Part shown: in pieces, positions 11,010 through 23,224 of the stretch | Position numbering within the stretch: position 1 is the first letter of the stretch | Layout: every line of letters starts with the position of its first letter | NCBI GenBank assembly: GCA_964016885.1 | Contig: OZ024740.1 | Coordinates: forward strand, 355,446,001 to 355,510,000 | Reading direction: 5' to 3' | Length of the DNA: 64,000 bases | From: Eledone cirrhosa | Lineage: Eukaryota | Notes under the pieces: generated by a model | What the model saw: the letters and a program-made list of their open reading frames with translations, nothing else | The model's database searches: none | Told to the model about the DNA's origin: nothing | Made by a program: the position numbers and the translations under genes

Positions 11010-13360
11010 ATCATCATCATCATTTTACGTCCGCTTTTCCCTGCTTGCAAGGGTGGGACGGGTCCTATTCAGCACAGTATCTCTCCACTTGTCACGGTCC
11101 TTCACCCTCTCCACCGTGAGCTTCAGCGATCTGAGGTCTGTTCTCACCACCTCCGCCCATGTTTTTCGTGGTCTACCTCTACCACGTCTTCCTTCAACTG
11201 GCATTTCCTGGCACTTCTTCACCCATCAGTCATCCACCATGCGCATCACATGTCCATACCACCTCAGTCTCCTCTCTCGCACACTACATACTATCCCTCT
11301 CAGACAGTTTCTCTCTCAACACATTCATGCTGGGTCGTTCATGCATATTGACATTGCACATCCAATGGAGCATGCTTGCCTCATTTCTCTCCAGCCGGCG
11401 CATATCCTCTGCAGTTGCTGCCCATGTCTCACTACCATGTAGCATCGTGCTCCTCACACAGGCATCATATAACTGGCTTTCGTACGCAGGGAAACCCTTC
11501 TTCCAATGGGTACTTATTCTAGATACTATGGCCTCGGAACACCCCCCTCCCATACTAATCTGATCTCCTAGGTACCGGAAGCTATCCACCACTTCTATAG
11601 CACCCGCCTGCATTTGAAAAATGTGTCTATCAATGCAACTTCTACTGTCTAATTTCCCTGTACATCTACTGCATACGTATTTCTCCCTACCTGTTAGTTT
11701 GCCTGCTATCCCACTACATCTCTTGTGTACCCAGGATCTGCATTGTGTGCATTTTATAGAATTTATGCAAGTTCCTTTTCTGCATATCGAACATGGCCAT
11801 TTCCCTGATGGAATCAGAGTTTTGTCCTCTTTTCTACTCAACAACACTTTTGTCTTAGCTAGGTTCACTCTCAGTCCTCTTGCTTCCAACTGCTGTTTCC
11901 ATAGCCAGAATTTATTCTCTAGCTCCTCTACTGATTCTGCTATAAGGACCAGATCGTCAGGATAGAGAAGTTGCCATGGATAGCCAGTCTTAAACTCCTC
12001 TGTTATGGCTTGGAGGACTATAATGAACAAGAGCGGGCTGAGGACCGAACCTTGATGTACTCCTACTTGTATCTGGAATTCCTCACTAAACTCCATTCCT
12101 ACCCTGACTTTACTGACAGCACCTCTGTACAAAGTTTGCACTGTCCTCACAAGCCATTCCTCAACACCTAGTTTCCAGATGACAGATCGGGGTACCCTAT
12201 CAAAGGCCTTCTCTAGGTCAACAAAGGCTAAGTGTAGTGGCTTATTCTTCTCTAAGAACCTCTCTTGTAATTGTCTCACCAAGAAGAGGGCATCTGTTGT
12301 ACTTTTCTCAGGCACAAAACCAAACTGCATCTCATCTAGTTTGACCCTTTCACTAATTAGTTGTGCTAATATCCTTTCTGCCACTTTCATAACCTGATCC
12401 ATCAGTTTTATACCCCTATAATTGCAGAGCATCCTCGTTACCTTTGTAGCAATTTATGAGAATACTGCTGCACCAGTCTTTGGGTATGACACCACCATAT
12501 ATAGCCTGATTGATGATGCGTGCAACCAGTTTAGTGCCTACGTCCTCTGGTGCCTTCAGCATCTCAGCAACTATCCCCGATGGTCCAGCAGACTTACCAT
12601 TTTTCATTTCTTTAATCGCCTCTTGGACCCTATATTCGTCAATCTCAATAGCTGGTCCCTCTGTCAGATCTACTGAGGGTAATTTCTCTCTCTCCCATTT
12701 GTTCTCCACATTCATCAGTCTCTCATAATGACATTTCCAGGCCTCCTTTTTCTGATCATTCATGACACTAAGTACACCGGCATCATTCCTGACACATTTA
12801 TCTCCAACAACATCCTGATTTGCATTGACACACTGCCTTGCAATGGGGAACACCGCACGCCTCTGATCTTCCCGTCGCAGAACATTGGCAAACCTCCTAC
12901 TCTCAGTCTCCCTGATGTCTAGCTTCTCTCTTAGCGGCTGTATATTCTTCCCTACTCCCACCCTTTTTCCAAGCCTTCCATGCTAGTATTTTGTCTCTAA
13001 TAGCCTTATCTACTGTGCTGTTCCACCACCAGGTCACTCTCTGTCTGGTTGGAGCTCTGCTCAGCCACAAGTTTCATCAGTAGCCTGCAGTAAGTTGTCA
13101 CGTAAGAAATTCCAGTTATTATCTATGTCACACATCTCTAAATCGTCTTCTTTTTCGTCATACACATCTTGAAGGGCTTTCCTAAATTTGTATTTTAGTG
13201 AAAGGTCTTTTAGCTTCCAGACCTTTCTTCTCCACACCTTCCTGTATGTCTCATTCCATCTCTTGCTTACTGAGACATCACTAACGACTAACCTATGCTT
13301 TGGGAGTACATTCTTCCCCAGGGTATGCCTTGGTATTTGACCCCATCTGCCTGTCCTGCT
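11010..13360 (-). mobile_element. 5'-truncated, frameshifted RTE LINE (family B)
   Basis: ORF pieces 12416-12961, 11284-12432, 11025-11222: KSAGPSG, NYRGIKL, QFGF, FVDLEKAFDRVPR, GVHQGSVLSPLLF, LLYPDD, PHD-like Cys cluster, GRPRKTW; (TGA)n tail at 11010-11023. Confidence 0.92.
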
Positions 13361-14319
13361 GCCTAACTAACTACGTATAATCAAAGCTTAACAATAGAAA
13401 TTGCCAAGTTGTTAGAAACTGTCAAGTTGAAGATAAGCAACTAATTTAGAAATAGACTTTATGAATATTGGAAAATCTATAAAATTCTAAATAACTTTAT
13501 AATCTCCAGAAATGGTTTAGGTGTAAAAATAATGATGATGATGGTGGTTATGGTGGTGGTGTTGATGATGATGATGAGGAAGTGGAGGAGGATTCTCTCT
13601 TCACTGATAGACAATTATAGATAACTTACATTAAACTTTCATGAGTTTTATATCAAATATTAATAATATTCAATTCATTTCCAAGCAAACAATCTCATTA
13701 CGGTATGTGTTTTAGCAGTGACAGAGAGAATTAGTATGCAAATTAGGTTAATCAGCTGATGTATACTTTAGAGAATGCTATATATTCTCAAGAGTTCTAG
13801 TGTGTGACAGAAGAGAGATACATAATCTTGACAAAGGGCAATAACCCAGAAACAATATTATTGTCGATTGTTTCTCTCTGTCGCTGCTAGAACAAAAGGA
13901 CGGCGAGAGTCATCTAAAACAGATAGCTTAGTGAAGCTGTTTGCTTACAAACGAATCAAATATTATTATTATTTAATATAAAACTCACAAATATATTTAT
14001 ATATCCACTATGCTAAAAGGAAAAACTAAATTCTAATTTTTACATAAATTATTTATTCCCAATGCTGAGAAATATGACTGATCTCAGCTTTCATGAACAC
14101 AATTTATTAAGTCATTAAACAAAGATCTAGAATTAAAGTAGGTTTTATCATAACATATTCAGATAATCATTTTATGTATAAATAATATAATCAATTTTAA
14201 TAGTGATATTAATAGAGGTTTAATAATAATTGTTTGTTAAGGTAAAGAAGCATCTGATGCAGAAATGAAATGGCTGCTTAGATACAATTTTGATCTGCCT
14301 AATAAAGAGAAAAGTAGTT

Positions 14320-14575
14320 TTAGATTGTAAAGCAGTAGTCAGCATGAATAAAGACATAATTGGTGAAAAGTATGAATGGAATAACAGCAGAGCATTTGTA
14401 CTGAAAAATGAAGTGTAGAAATGTAACTACAAGAAATTGTTGAATGAGGAAAATATATGGAAAAGAAGAGGAACAACATAAAAAAGACCCAGTGAAGGGG
14501 TTAGCTATTGAAATTGAGATCTATATGGTTGAAAGTGTGATTAAGGATATGAACACTAAGAATGATGATGATGAT
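14320..14575 (+). mobile_element. Highly degenerate RTE fragment
   Basis: DPVKGLAIEIEIYMVESVIKDM resembles DLTEGPAIEIDEYRVQEAIKEM of ORF 12416-12961. Confidence 0.55.
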
Positions 14576-14829
14576 ACCTCAAAAGATGTAAGTTCAAATA
14601 TAAGTAAAGTCTTTTATCTTATTTCTGGAAAAGAATGCTATGAATCAATGTAAACATTGTCTCAGTTTGCCTAACTATCATGTGTAGGTACCAGTATGTA
14701 AGAATTTGTAACTCTTGATGGGGTTGTAGGGGTGACATTGTAACATACAACATATTGTGGGCTCTTTAAACCTGATGGAAGCCATCCTCTCGCCAAAGAA
14801 GTGAGAAAGAGATATAGAGGAAGAATCAA

Positions 14830-15168
14830 ACCCAGTACTTGACCAATACATTTTTTATCGACCTCAAAAGGATGAAAGATACAGTTGACCTTGGTGGGAT
14901 TTGAACTCTGTTTGCAAAGAGCCTGAACAAATATGCTAAAATATTCTATCCAGCGTTCTAATGACTCAACTAAACGATTATAATATTGATTTTTAATTCA
15001 GACACAAAGCCAGCAAATTTGGAGTGTGGGAAATGGCAAAATTGATTAAAACACCCCAGTACTTGACTGGTACTTTATTTTATCATCTTCAAAAGGATGA
15101 AAAACAAAGTTAACTTCAATGGGACTTGAACTCAGAGAACAGAGAGCTGGAACAAATATCACAAAGCA
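14830..15168 (-). mobile_element. Two adjacent tRNA-derived SINE copies
   Basis: cccagtacttgac...ttatcgacctcaaaaggatgaaag...gttgaccttggtgggatttgaactc and a second similar unit at ~14995-15165. Confidence 0.75.
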
Positions 15169-15383
15169 TTTAAACTAGCCATATCTGGCTATAATTCTTT
15201 CACGTCTTTCTGTTCAAACTGGCTGTAACCGGCTGCTCATACTGACATTAAGGTATTGTTCTCAAAATAAATAATATCAAAATGTTGTAGATTCGATATT
15301 ATGTGAGATAATTATGTGAAATAAAGTCTTTACTGTGAAAATACAATAATAAATATAGAGTAATGTAAATATTAAAGGGTTAA
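15165..15383 (+). mobile_element. piggyBac-like MITE (~215 bp), copy 1
   Basis: Ends in aagggTTAA; reverse-complement homologue of 15660-15865. Confidence 0.6.
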
Positions 15384-15554
15384 TGACTGTCAATTCACCA
15401 TCAATAGGTACCAAATTTTCTGTGAAATGATCAATAGGTTATATTACACATTCATAAATACCTCTCATCATAAAAGGTTAAATCATTGATTTTATCTATT
15501 ACTGAAGTGTGTTGGACATATAAATATTTATCTTTTTTATTGAATAGCATAAGG

Positions 15555-15900
15555 TGGAAAATTGGCAGAGTTGTTAGGGCATCAGAATAAAAATATCACA
15601 GTATTTTTTCTGGCTCACTGCATTCTGAGTTCAAATCTCAACTTTGTCTTCTATTCTTTTTAGCCTTTACATTACTCTGTATTAATTATTGTACTTTCCT
15701 GGTAAACACCTTATTTCAGATAATTATCTCACATAGTACAAGATTTTGATATTATTTATTTTGAGAACAATACCTGAACATGAGCAACTGGTTATGGCTA
15801 GTTTGAACAGAAAGAGGTGAGAGAATTCTGGCCGGATACAGCCGGTTTAAATTCCTAAGGGTTAAGCTTGATAATTAAAGTACCTGTCTAGTACTGAGGT
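15555..15900 (+). mobile_element. tRNA-derived SINE interrupted by piggyBac-like MITE copy 2 (15660-15865, inverted relative to copy 1)
   Basis: A-box ttggcagagttgttag and B-box ctgagttcaaatc; SINE resumes after gggttaa with gataattaaagtacctgtctagtactg. Confidence 0.6.
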
Positions 15901-15902
15901 TG

Positions 15903-15904
<2 letters not shown>

Positions 15905-15968
<64 letters not shown>

Positions 15969-15972
15969 CCTC

Positions 15973-16016
<44 letters not shown>
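15905..16016. repeat. (TC)n microsatellite
   Basis: Visible run. Confidence 0.95.
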
Positions 16017-16019
<3 letters not shown>

Positions 16020-16309
16020 CTAGTCAGCTATTTAATCTATCTATTTATCTTTCTCTGGAAAGAAAATTAGCTGTGTTCCAAACTGGAGAGGGATAAGAAC
16101 AATATCTAGGGTGTGAGGTTATGATGAAGGAAGGGGCATAATTTGTGTGTGTGTGTATAGTGCTGTTGAGAATAACTACCAAGGAGTAATAGTGAGGTGA
16201 GGGACATAATTTAGGTGAGTGTGTGTATATAGAGATGGGGAAAATAGCTACCAAGGAGTAGTAGTGGATCAGTGGGAACTGTGAGTTAAATTAGGTCGCA
16301 TTTTATGGT

Positions 16310-16600
16310 GGTAAGCGAGTCTTCTCCAGTACAGCATGTCATCAGATCTCAAAATCCTTAGTCATTTCCATTGTGAGATTCAGCTTCTTAAAGTTGGCCT
16401 TCACAACTCATCCCATGTCTTCTTAGGTCTGCCTCTTCCACAAGCCCCAACCATTGTGATTTCTCTGCACTTCTTCATACTAATGCAATATTCTCTCTTG
16501 CACACAACTATGAATTCCTCTTATGTCAAGTTTTTTTCTCGGCTTACTTATGCTACATCGTTCATGCATACTAACATTACATACCCACCAGAGCATAAGT
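16310..16600 (-). mobile_element. Degenerate RTE 3' fragment
   Basis: ctcatcccatgtcttcttaggtctgcctcttcc is GRGRPKKTWDE on the minus strand. Confidence 0.7.
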
Positions 16601-17220
16601 TTGTTATTAGTAACATTGGAATAAGCTCAAAACAGAAGAGGTAACACAGGAAAATCTGGAGGAGGAGAGTTTGGAGGCTAAAGGACTTTTCTGTTAAGAG
16701 TACATTCAAGAAAGCTTTATGTGAGGCATATGAGAAGGAAGACGATTTAGACATATATGACATAGAGGACAATTGGAAGTTCCTACATGATAACCTACTA
16801 CACACTTCTGAAAAGACTTGTGGCTGGAGCAAAGCACCAGCCAGACAGAGGGTGACCTACTGCACAGTAGATAGAGCCATTTAAGTCAAGAGACAGGCAT
16901 GGAAAAATTGAAACAATAGGGGCACCAAAGACTGGTGCCTGGTAGCTAAAAGAGCAGCTTACCTACAAGTATACATAGCAAGAAAAGAGGCTGAAAGAAG
17001 AAGGTTTTCCAATGTTTTGTGACGTGAAGATTAGAAATGTGAGATGTTCTACATTGCAAGGTAGTGTGGCAGTGTAAATCAGGATATTGTTGGTGAAGTG
17101 TGTTTGAAATTACATTGGTGCACTTAGCATCACTGATGTTAAAAAGAAAGAGGTTGGAAATGCTTCTATAAAAGGTTAATAATGCATGTGGAGAATGAAC
17201 GGGGCCAAGGGAGACTACCC
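16601..17220 (+). mobile_element. Degenerate RTE fragment (EN-RT linker region), opposite orientation
   Basis: Homologous to the reverse complement of ~12690-13290 (e.g. tggaggctaaaggac; acttgtggctggagcaaagcaccagccagacagagggtgacc). Confidence 0.7.
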
Positions 17221-17221
17221 C

Positions 17222-19445
17222 TAACTTACCCAGTTTCTCTCTCAGTTCATTTATCCTTTGCCATTCATGCAAGTTACTATTACACATCCATCAGAGCAAT
17301 TAAGCTTCATTTATTTCCAATCTTCGCAGGTCCTCTGTACACAGGGCCCAGGTCTCACTACCATGCAACATTGCTGTTCTTATATATGCATCATATAATC
17401 TGCCCTTTATTTTGAGGAAAAAACCTTTTGTAGCATTCTTACTCTGGGTATTGTACTTTCAGAACACCCTCCTCTCTTACTAATTTGGTATTCCAGATAA
17501 CAGAAACTGTCGGCAACTTTTACAGAGCCCTCTGGGCATTTGAAGGAGAAAGTATCCTGTGGGCACTTACTACTTACTGCACCTGTGCATCAACCACATA
17601 TAAAACTTATGTTCTTTGATAGCCTACCTGTGATTCCACTTCATCCTTTGTTTACTCATAGCTTACATTTGGGGCATAAAATGGAATTTCACCCTACTGC
17701 TTTTCTGCACACTGAGGAAGGCCATTTCCCTGTGGAGATCTGGGCACTATTTTACTTTCTACATACTAGGACTTTAGTCTTTAACAAGTTAAACTTAAGA
17801 CCTTTTGATTTTAGGCAATGCTTCCAGGTTTGGAATTTCTTCTTTAATTCTGCCATAGATTCAGCTAAAAGGGTTAGGTCATCTGCATATAGGAGTTCCC
17901 ATAGACAGCCAGTCTTAAATTCTTCTGTTATAGCCTGCAGGTTGATAATAAACAGAAGGAGGCTAAGGAAGGAGCCTTGATGGACACCTACCTGCATGCT
18001 AAATTCTTCTCTATAGCCATTGTTAATTCTAACCTTGCTGACTTTTCCTCTATACATGGCTTCTACTGCCTTCATAAGCCATTCATCTGCTCCTAGTTTT
18101 CTAAGAGCCCACAAGATAATGGAATGGGGAACTGTCAAAGCTTTCTCCAGGTCAACAAAAGTTAAGTAGAGGGGTTTACTTTTAGTTAAGTACTTCTTCT
18201 GCAGTTGCCTCACTAGGATGAGAGCATCTATGGTATCTTTATCTGGCACAAATCCAAACTGCATTTTATCTAGGTTATGCGATCCCTAATCAGTTATGCT
18301 ATAACTCTTTCTGTGACCTTCATATTTTGCTCAACCAACTGTATGCCTCTATAGTTTTCCCTGTCTAGAACATCTCCTTTGCCTTTGTAGCAGTTGACAA
18401 TGATGTTGCTATACCAGTCATTGGGTATGTCACTGTTTTGTATTATTTGGTTTACAATATGGGTGGTTATGCTGTGACCCACCATCCCAGATGCTTTCAG
18501 CATCTCAGCAACTCTCCCCGAAGTTTCATCTGCTTTGCCTGTTTTCCTATCCTTAATTGCCTTACTTATACTACTATACTGCTAACATGCATGACCAGTC
18601 TCTCTATTGGGTCAACTTGGGGCAAACTATCTTCTTCCCATGCGTTCTCTTCATTTAGTAGTCTTTCATAGTGGTACTTCCATGCTACCTTCTTTTCAGC
18701 ATCAGTGAAGGCAAGTACTCCATTATCATCAAGGACACACTTTTCCCGATCAACATCACAATTTTCCCTGACACACTGTCTCGCAATTCAGAACACCTCA
18801 TACCTTTGGTCTTCTCGTTACAGAACATCCTTATTTTTTTATTTTCTGCTTCCTTACTTGCAAAATATACTTATTGCCTAGCTTCACTCCAAGCCTCCTG
18901 GTAGTGTTCTCTACTTCCCCCATCCTGCCATGATTTCCCTGCCTGTCTTTTTGCTTAATTGATACTCCACCCTACTGTCCCATAACTAAGTCATTCGCCT
19001 AAAGACCTGCTCCAACCACAGATCTCGTTTGTCACCTTCAGTAGGTTATCTTTCAGAAATTCCCACTGATCCTCTATATTATATGTCTTTACTTGTTCTT
19101 CTTTACTGTCAAAAGCACCAAGCAGCATACCTCTAAATTTGTTACTGGCTGCGAAGTCCTTTAACTGTTATATGTTTCTCCTCCAGGTTATCTTCTGTAA
19201 TTGAGTTCATCTAGCCTTAACTATAAGGTCACTAACTATGTGGAAGGTGCATTCTTTCCCAGAGAGGGATTTTGTATTTACAACCATCACTATGTCTCTT
19301 CTTCTGGTAAGGATAAAATCTATCTAACTAGTGTGCTCCCCTTATCTATAGGTGATCAAGTAATTGTCTCATATTTTGTAGTTTGTGTTACAGATAGAGA
19401 GGTCATTGCCATCACAGAATTCCAGGAACCTGAAACCTTCCTCAT
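17222..19445 (-). mobile_element. Degenerate RTE LINE reaching into the apurinic endonuclease domain
   Basis: QFGFVP, FVDLEKA, GVHQGSFLS, LLYADD, NYRGIQL; EEGFRFLEFCDGNDLSICNT at ~19370-19445; many stops and frameshifts. Confidence 0.88.
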
Positions 19446-19464
19446 ATTTAAATATATATGTGTA

Positions 19465-19519
<55 letters not shown>

Positions 19520-19610
19520 CGAAGGTGATGTGGTAAGCAACCAGATGGACCATAACGCACCAAAGTACTCAATACTTAGGGTAGTAGAATGGGTAATAGG
19601 AACGATCGTT

Positions 19611-19648
<38 letters not shown>

Positions 19649-19877
19649 AAAGAATAGAGGTGTAACACACGAGTTGTGATGTATTGGTAAAAGGAAAAGA
19701 AAATGGTGACAAATACTTATATATATATATATATATATATATAAGTAAGTATGTTTTGAAACAGTAAGCAGGTTTGAAATTAGAAAATAGAATAGCTTTC
19801 ACCGTATTTTTGACTAAAGGAATTTTAGCCTGATAATGGGGTTTAGAACCCTCAGATAAATGGAAAAAGATGAGTAT

Positions 19878-19948
19878 TGACGTACATGGGAGTCGAACCC
19901 ACATCTTTGGTTATCGCGACCACTGTGCTACCATTACACCAACACATC
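19878..19948 (-). pseudogene. tRNA-like cloverleaf (tRNA pseudogene or SINE head)
   Basis: GATGTGT-TG-GTGT AATGGTA GCAC-A-GTGGT CGCGATA ACCAA-AGAT-GTGGG TTCGACT CCCAT-GTACGTC-A; A and B boxes present; TTTTT about 10 nt downstream; lacks U33. Confidence 0.7.
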
Positions 19949-19988
19949 ATGATATATATATATATGAATATATATATATATATATATA

Positions 19989-20020
<32 letters not shown>

Positions 20021-20023
<3 letters not shown>

Positions 20024-21650
20024 TCATCATCATCATCATCATCATCAACGTTTAATGTCCGTGTTCCACGCTTGCATGGGTTTGGACGGGGGTAGTCCCA
20101 CTTGAGGCAAGAGTGATTGTCTTGCTTGCATAGGACTGTCTGGCAGGTTTTCTACAGTTGGATGCCCTTCCAACCACATTTACAGTGTGGGTCTGGGAGG
20201 TTTTTACCGTGTTGCCTACACGGCCACATTACAGCGTGGACTGTGTGTTTTTTTGTCGTGACACCTACACGATCTCATTTGTTTCGGCCTGGATGGCGCG
20301 GCACCAACATAACTTTACATAGAACGGGGTGGTGTGGATGGGGTGGGGGTGGTGGGGGTGGGACGGGGTGTATTTTGTTAGAGATGCGTACTGGCTGTAG
20401 TAGGTTTTACTATGTATTTAGGTAAGGCGGGTCTTCTCTGTTACTGAGTACTGCCAAAGGTCTCGGTCCAGTGACATTGTCTTGGAGAGGTGTAAGTGTG
20501 TGAGGTCGGAGTTTATCAGCTCGTCCCAGGTTTTTCTAGGTCTGCCTATTCCGTGGCTACCGTCTATCTTTATTGCCCTGCACTTTGTTATACAGCTATC
20601 GACTTTCATGCGCATCACGTGTCCATACCAACGTAGCCTTCTCTCGGGTAAACAACATCTGATCCCTCTTATTTCTAATTTTTTCCTTAGTTCGTTTATG
20701 CTTTGCCGTTCACGTATATTACTGTTACACATCCAGCGGAGCATGCAAGCTTCGTTCCTCTCTAGTCTGCGTATATCCTCTGCACACAATGCCCAGGTCT
20801 CACTGCCATGCAACATTGCTGTTTGTATGCAGGCATCGTACAACCTGCCTTTCATTTTTAGGGAGAACCCTTTAGCAGCTAATAGTGGTATAAGCTCTCT
20901 GAACTTTTTCCAACCAGTTCTGACTCTAGCTACTGTACTTTCAGAGCACCCTCCCCCACTGCTGATTTTATCGCCCAGGTAACGGAAGCTGTCCACTATT
21001 TCTATAGAACCCTCTGCGCAATTGAAAGAGCTAGTATTTTGTGGGCTCTTGCTGCTACTTATTGCACCAGAGCACCGGCCACATATAAAATCTATGTTCT
21101 TAGTTAGCTTACCTGTGATCCCACTACATCTTTTATGCACCCATACTTTGCATTTAGGACATAAAATGGAGTTTCTACCTACGCCTTTCCTACACACCGA
21201 GCATGACCATTTCCCAGAAGGGACCGCCACCTTGTTTTCTTTCCTACAAACTAGAACTTTAGTCTTAGCCAGGTTAATTTTAAGTCCTTTTGATTCTAGG
21301 CCGTGCTTCCATGTTTGGAATTTCTTCTCTAGCTCGGCCATTGATTCCGCTATGAGTGTCAGGTCGTCTGCGTATAGGAGTTCCCATGGGCAGCCTGTCT
21401 TGAACTCCTCTGTTATAGCCTGAAGAGCAATAATAAATAGTAGGGGGCTGAGAACAGAGCCCTGATGGACGCCAACTTTTACGCTAAACTCTTCACTATA
21501 TTCGTTGTTAATTCTAACCTTGCTGACTGTTTCTTTATACATGGCTTGTATAGCCCTCACAAGCCATTCGTCAACGCCTAGTTTTCTAAGAGCTTACCAG
21601 ATAATGGAGCGGGGGACTCTGTCGAAGGCTTTCTCCAAGTCAACAAAAGC
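20021..21650 (-). mobile_element. 5'-truncated young RTE LINE (family A) with 3' UTR and (TGA)n tail
   Basis: Uninterrupted 380-aa ORF 20418-21560 (GVHQGSVLSPLLF, LLYADD, CSVCRKG..CPKC..HKRC..CGRC, FRYLG, GRPRKTW); 3' UTR shared with 10207-10706. Confidence 0.93.
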
Positions 21651-21659
21651 TATATATAT

Positions 21660-21810
21660 ATATTGTTATACTTGGGGAGGGTCATATTTGTGTAATATTG
21701 CCAGAATTAATAACAGAACACACTCACTGTTTGGTTGGTTTTCGCTTCTCGCTGTCTTTTATATCTGTCATCTAACTTACTCGGTCCTCAATGTTGCCAT
21801 TGACTGACCG
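21660..21810. mobile_element. Half copy of the palindromic MITE at 5581-5846
   Basis: atattgttatacttggggagggtcatatttg...ttggttttcgcttc; central part is the reverse complement of ~5700-5730. Confidence 0.8.
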
Positions 21811-21881
21811 ACGGTCAAAAATAATACAGATACAATATAGACATAAACACATATACACATATATATAGTTTACATATATAT

Positions 21882-22050
21882 ATCATCATCATTTCATTTT
21901 ACGTCCTCTTTTCCCTGCTTGCAAGGGTAGGACGGGAACTGATTCTGGCATGATTTCTACAGCTGGATGCCCTTCTTAACACCAACCTCATTTACAGTGA
22001 GTGCTGGGTGCTTTTGTTCCATGGCGCCTACACGTCCACTTTACAGTGGA
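21882..22050 (-). mobile_element. Short non-autonomous element / SINE with an RTE family-B 3' end
   Basis: cattttacgtcc.cttttccctgcttgcaagggt.ggacggg matches 11021-11062; carries the core ttctacagctggatgcccttcttaacaccaacc; (TGA)n tail. Confidence 0.75.
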
Positions 22051-22074
22051 ATGATAGGGACCCCAGTCCCTATC

Positions 22075-22160
22075 ATCTCATTTCTACAGCTGAGTAAACT
22101 GGAGCAATGTGAAATAAAGTGTCTTGCTCAAGGAAACAACACATCACCCAGTCTGAGAAT
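22075..22160 (-). mobile_element. SINE central-domain fragment of a second SINE family
   Basis: Reverse complement gtgttgtttccttgagcaagacactttatttcacattgctccagtttactcagctgtagaaatgag resembles conserved metazoan SINE cores. Confidence 0.6.
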
Positions 22161-22342
22161 ATATATATATTGTATGTATGGTCAGGATAGAGGTGTAAGG
22201 GTGCCGTAGTGACATACAGCGTTTTGGGGCATTTTAAGCCTGGCAGCGCACATCCTTCTTCAGGCCTGAGTATACTAGATTTCTTCTAGAGAAAGATAGA
22301 AAGTGAGAGATAGGAAATGAGAAAGAGATATAGAGGAAGAAT

Positions 22343-22492
22343 TGACGCCAGTACTAGGCTGGTACTCTTTTTATCGACCTTGAAAGGATGAAAGGCAAAG
22401 TTGACCTCAACGGGATTTGAACTCAGAGAATAGAGAGCTGGAACGAATACCATAACACATTCTATTCGACGTTCTAATGACTCTGCCAATTG
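22343..22492 (-). mobile_element. tRNA-derived SINE (Nin/Deu-like core)
   Basis: Reverse complement: ttggcagagtcattag (A-box)...ttctctgagttcaaatcccgttgaggtcaactttgcctttcatcctttcaaggtcgataaaaagagtaccag. Confidence 0.85.
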
Positions 22493-22651
22493 TCTATATA
22501 TATATTTTTGAAAAGCATTAGAAATGCGCAACCGGTAAAACTTAAAACCAAAACTGAATACTAACCAATACTATTACTAATTCTCATCACTTATTCCTAA
22601 TTAAACTATTTTTCACTGTGAACAATTTGTCAGCATTTTCTATTCCGTTTA

Positions 22652-22654
<3 letters not shown>

Positions 22655-22700
<46 letters not shown>

Positions 22701-22729
22701 CTATATATATATATATGTGTGTGTGTGTC

Positions 22730-22760
<31 letters not shown>

Positions 22761-22833
22761 CTATATATATATATATATGTGTGTGTGTGTCTATATATAT
22801 ATATATGTGTGTGTGTCTATATATATATATATA
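22655..22833. repeat. Compound [(TA)n(TG)nTC] minisatellite
   Basis: About five ~28-30-bp units visible. Confidence 0.9.
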
Positions 22834-22902
22834 CAATATATACATATATTTTTTACATATATTTTTTTACATACTCACATATATTTATTATATGTATATC
22901 TC

Positions 22903-23107
22903 ATCTCATCTGTCCCGTAGTCTGGTGGGCCGTTGGGGCACCGCAGATGACCTGGTAAAACAGTTCTTTCCATTCCTTTCACCTCTCCACCTTCCTCATG
23001 CCTTCCATTCCGGGATGTTGTTTTCCGAACTGTTTCTCTGTCTGCTTCTCTTCCTCCCTCCTTGTACTGTTCCCTGCAGGACAGACTTGGTAAGCCCTGA
23101 AGATCTC
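22903..23107 (-). mobile_element. RTE (BovB-like) 3' end fragment, third family
   Basis: Minus-strand translation LTKSVLQGTVQGGRKRSRQRNSSENNIPEW matches the typical RTE C-terminus. Confidence 0.7.
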
Positions 23108-23224
23108 TCTCACTCCCCCTCTCTCTCTGTATATATATAAATGTGTGTTAAAAAATTGTTAAAACAATAGTTATCTCTCTTTAACGAACCAATTAGTATG
23201 TGAGTAATGGAATATTGCACTGAA

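Noticed and set aside
13683-13946. Weak inverted repeats (ttagcagtgacagagagaa / ttctctctgtcgctgctag) suggesting an old MITE
   Set aside because: Too degenerate to define ends or a TSD
19820-19865. Hammerhead-like ctgataa-tggggtttagaaccctca-gata next to the tRNA-like element
   Set aside because: Both catalytic boxes deviate from consensus and no stem I or III pairing is found
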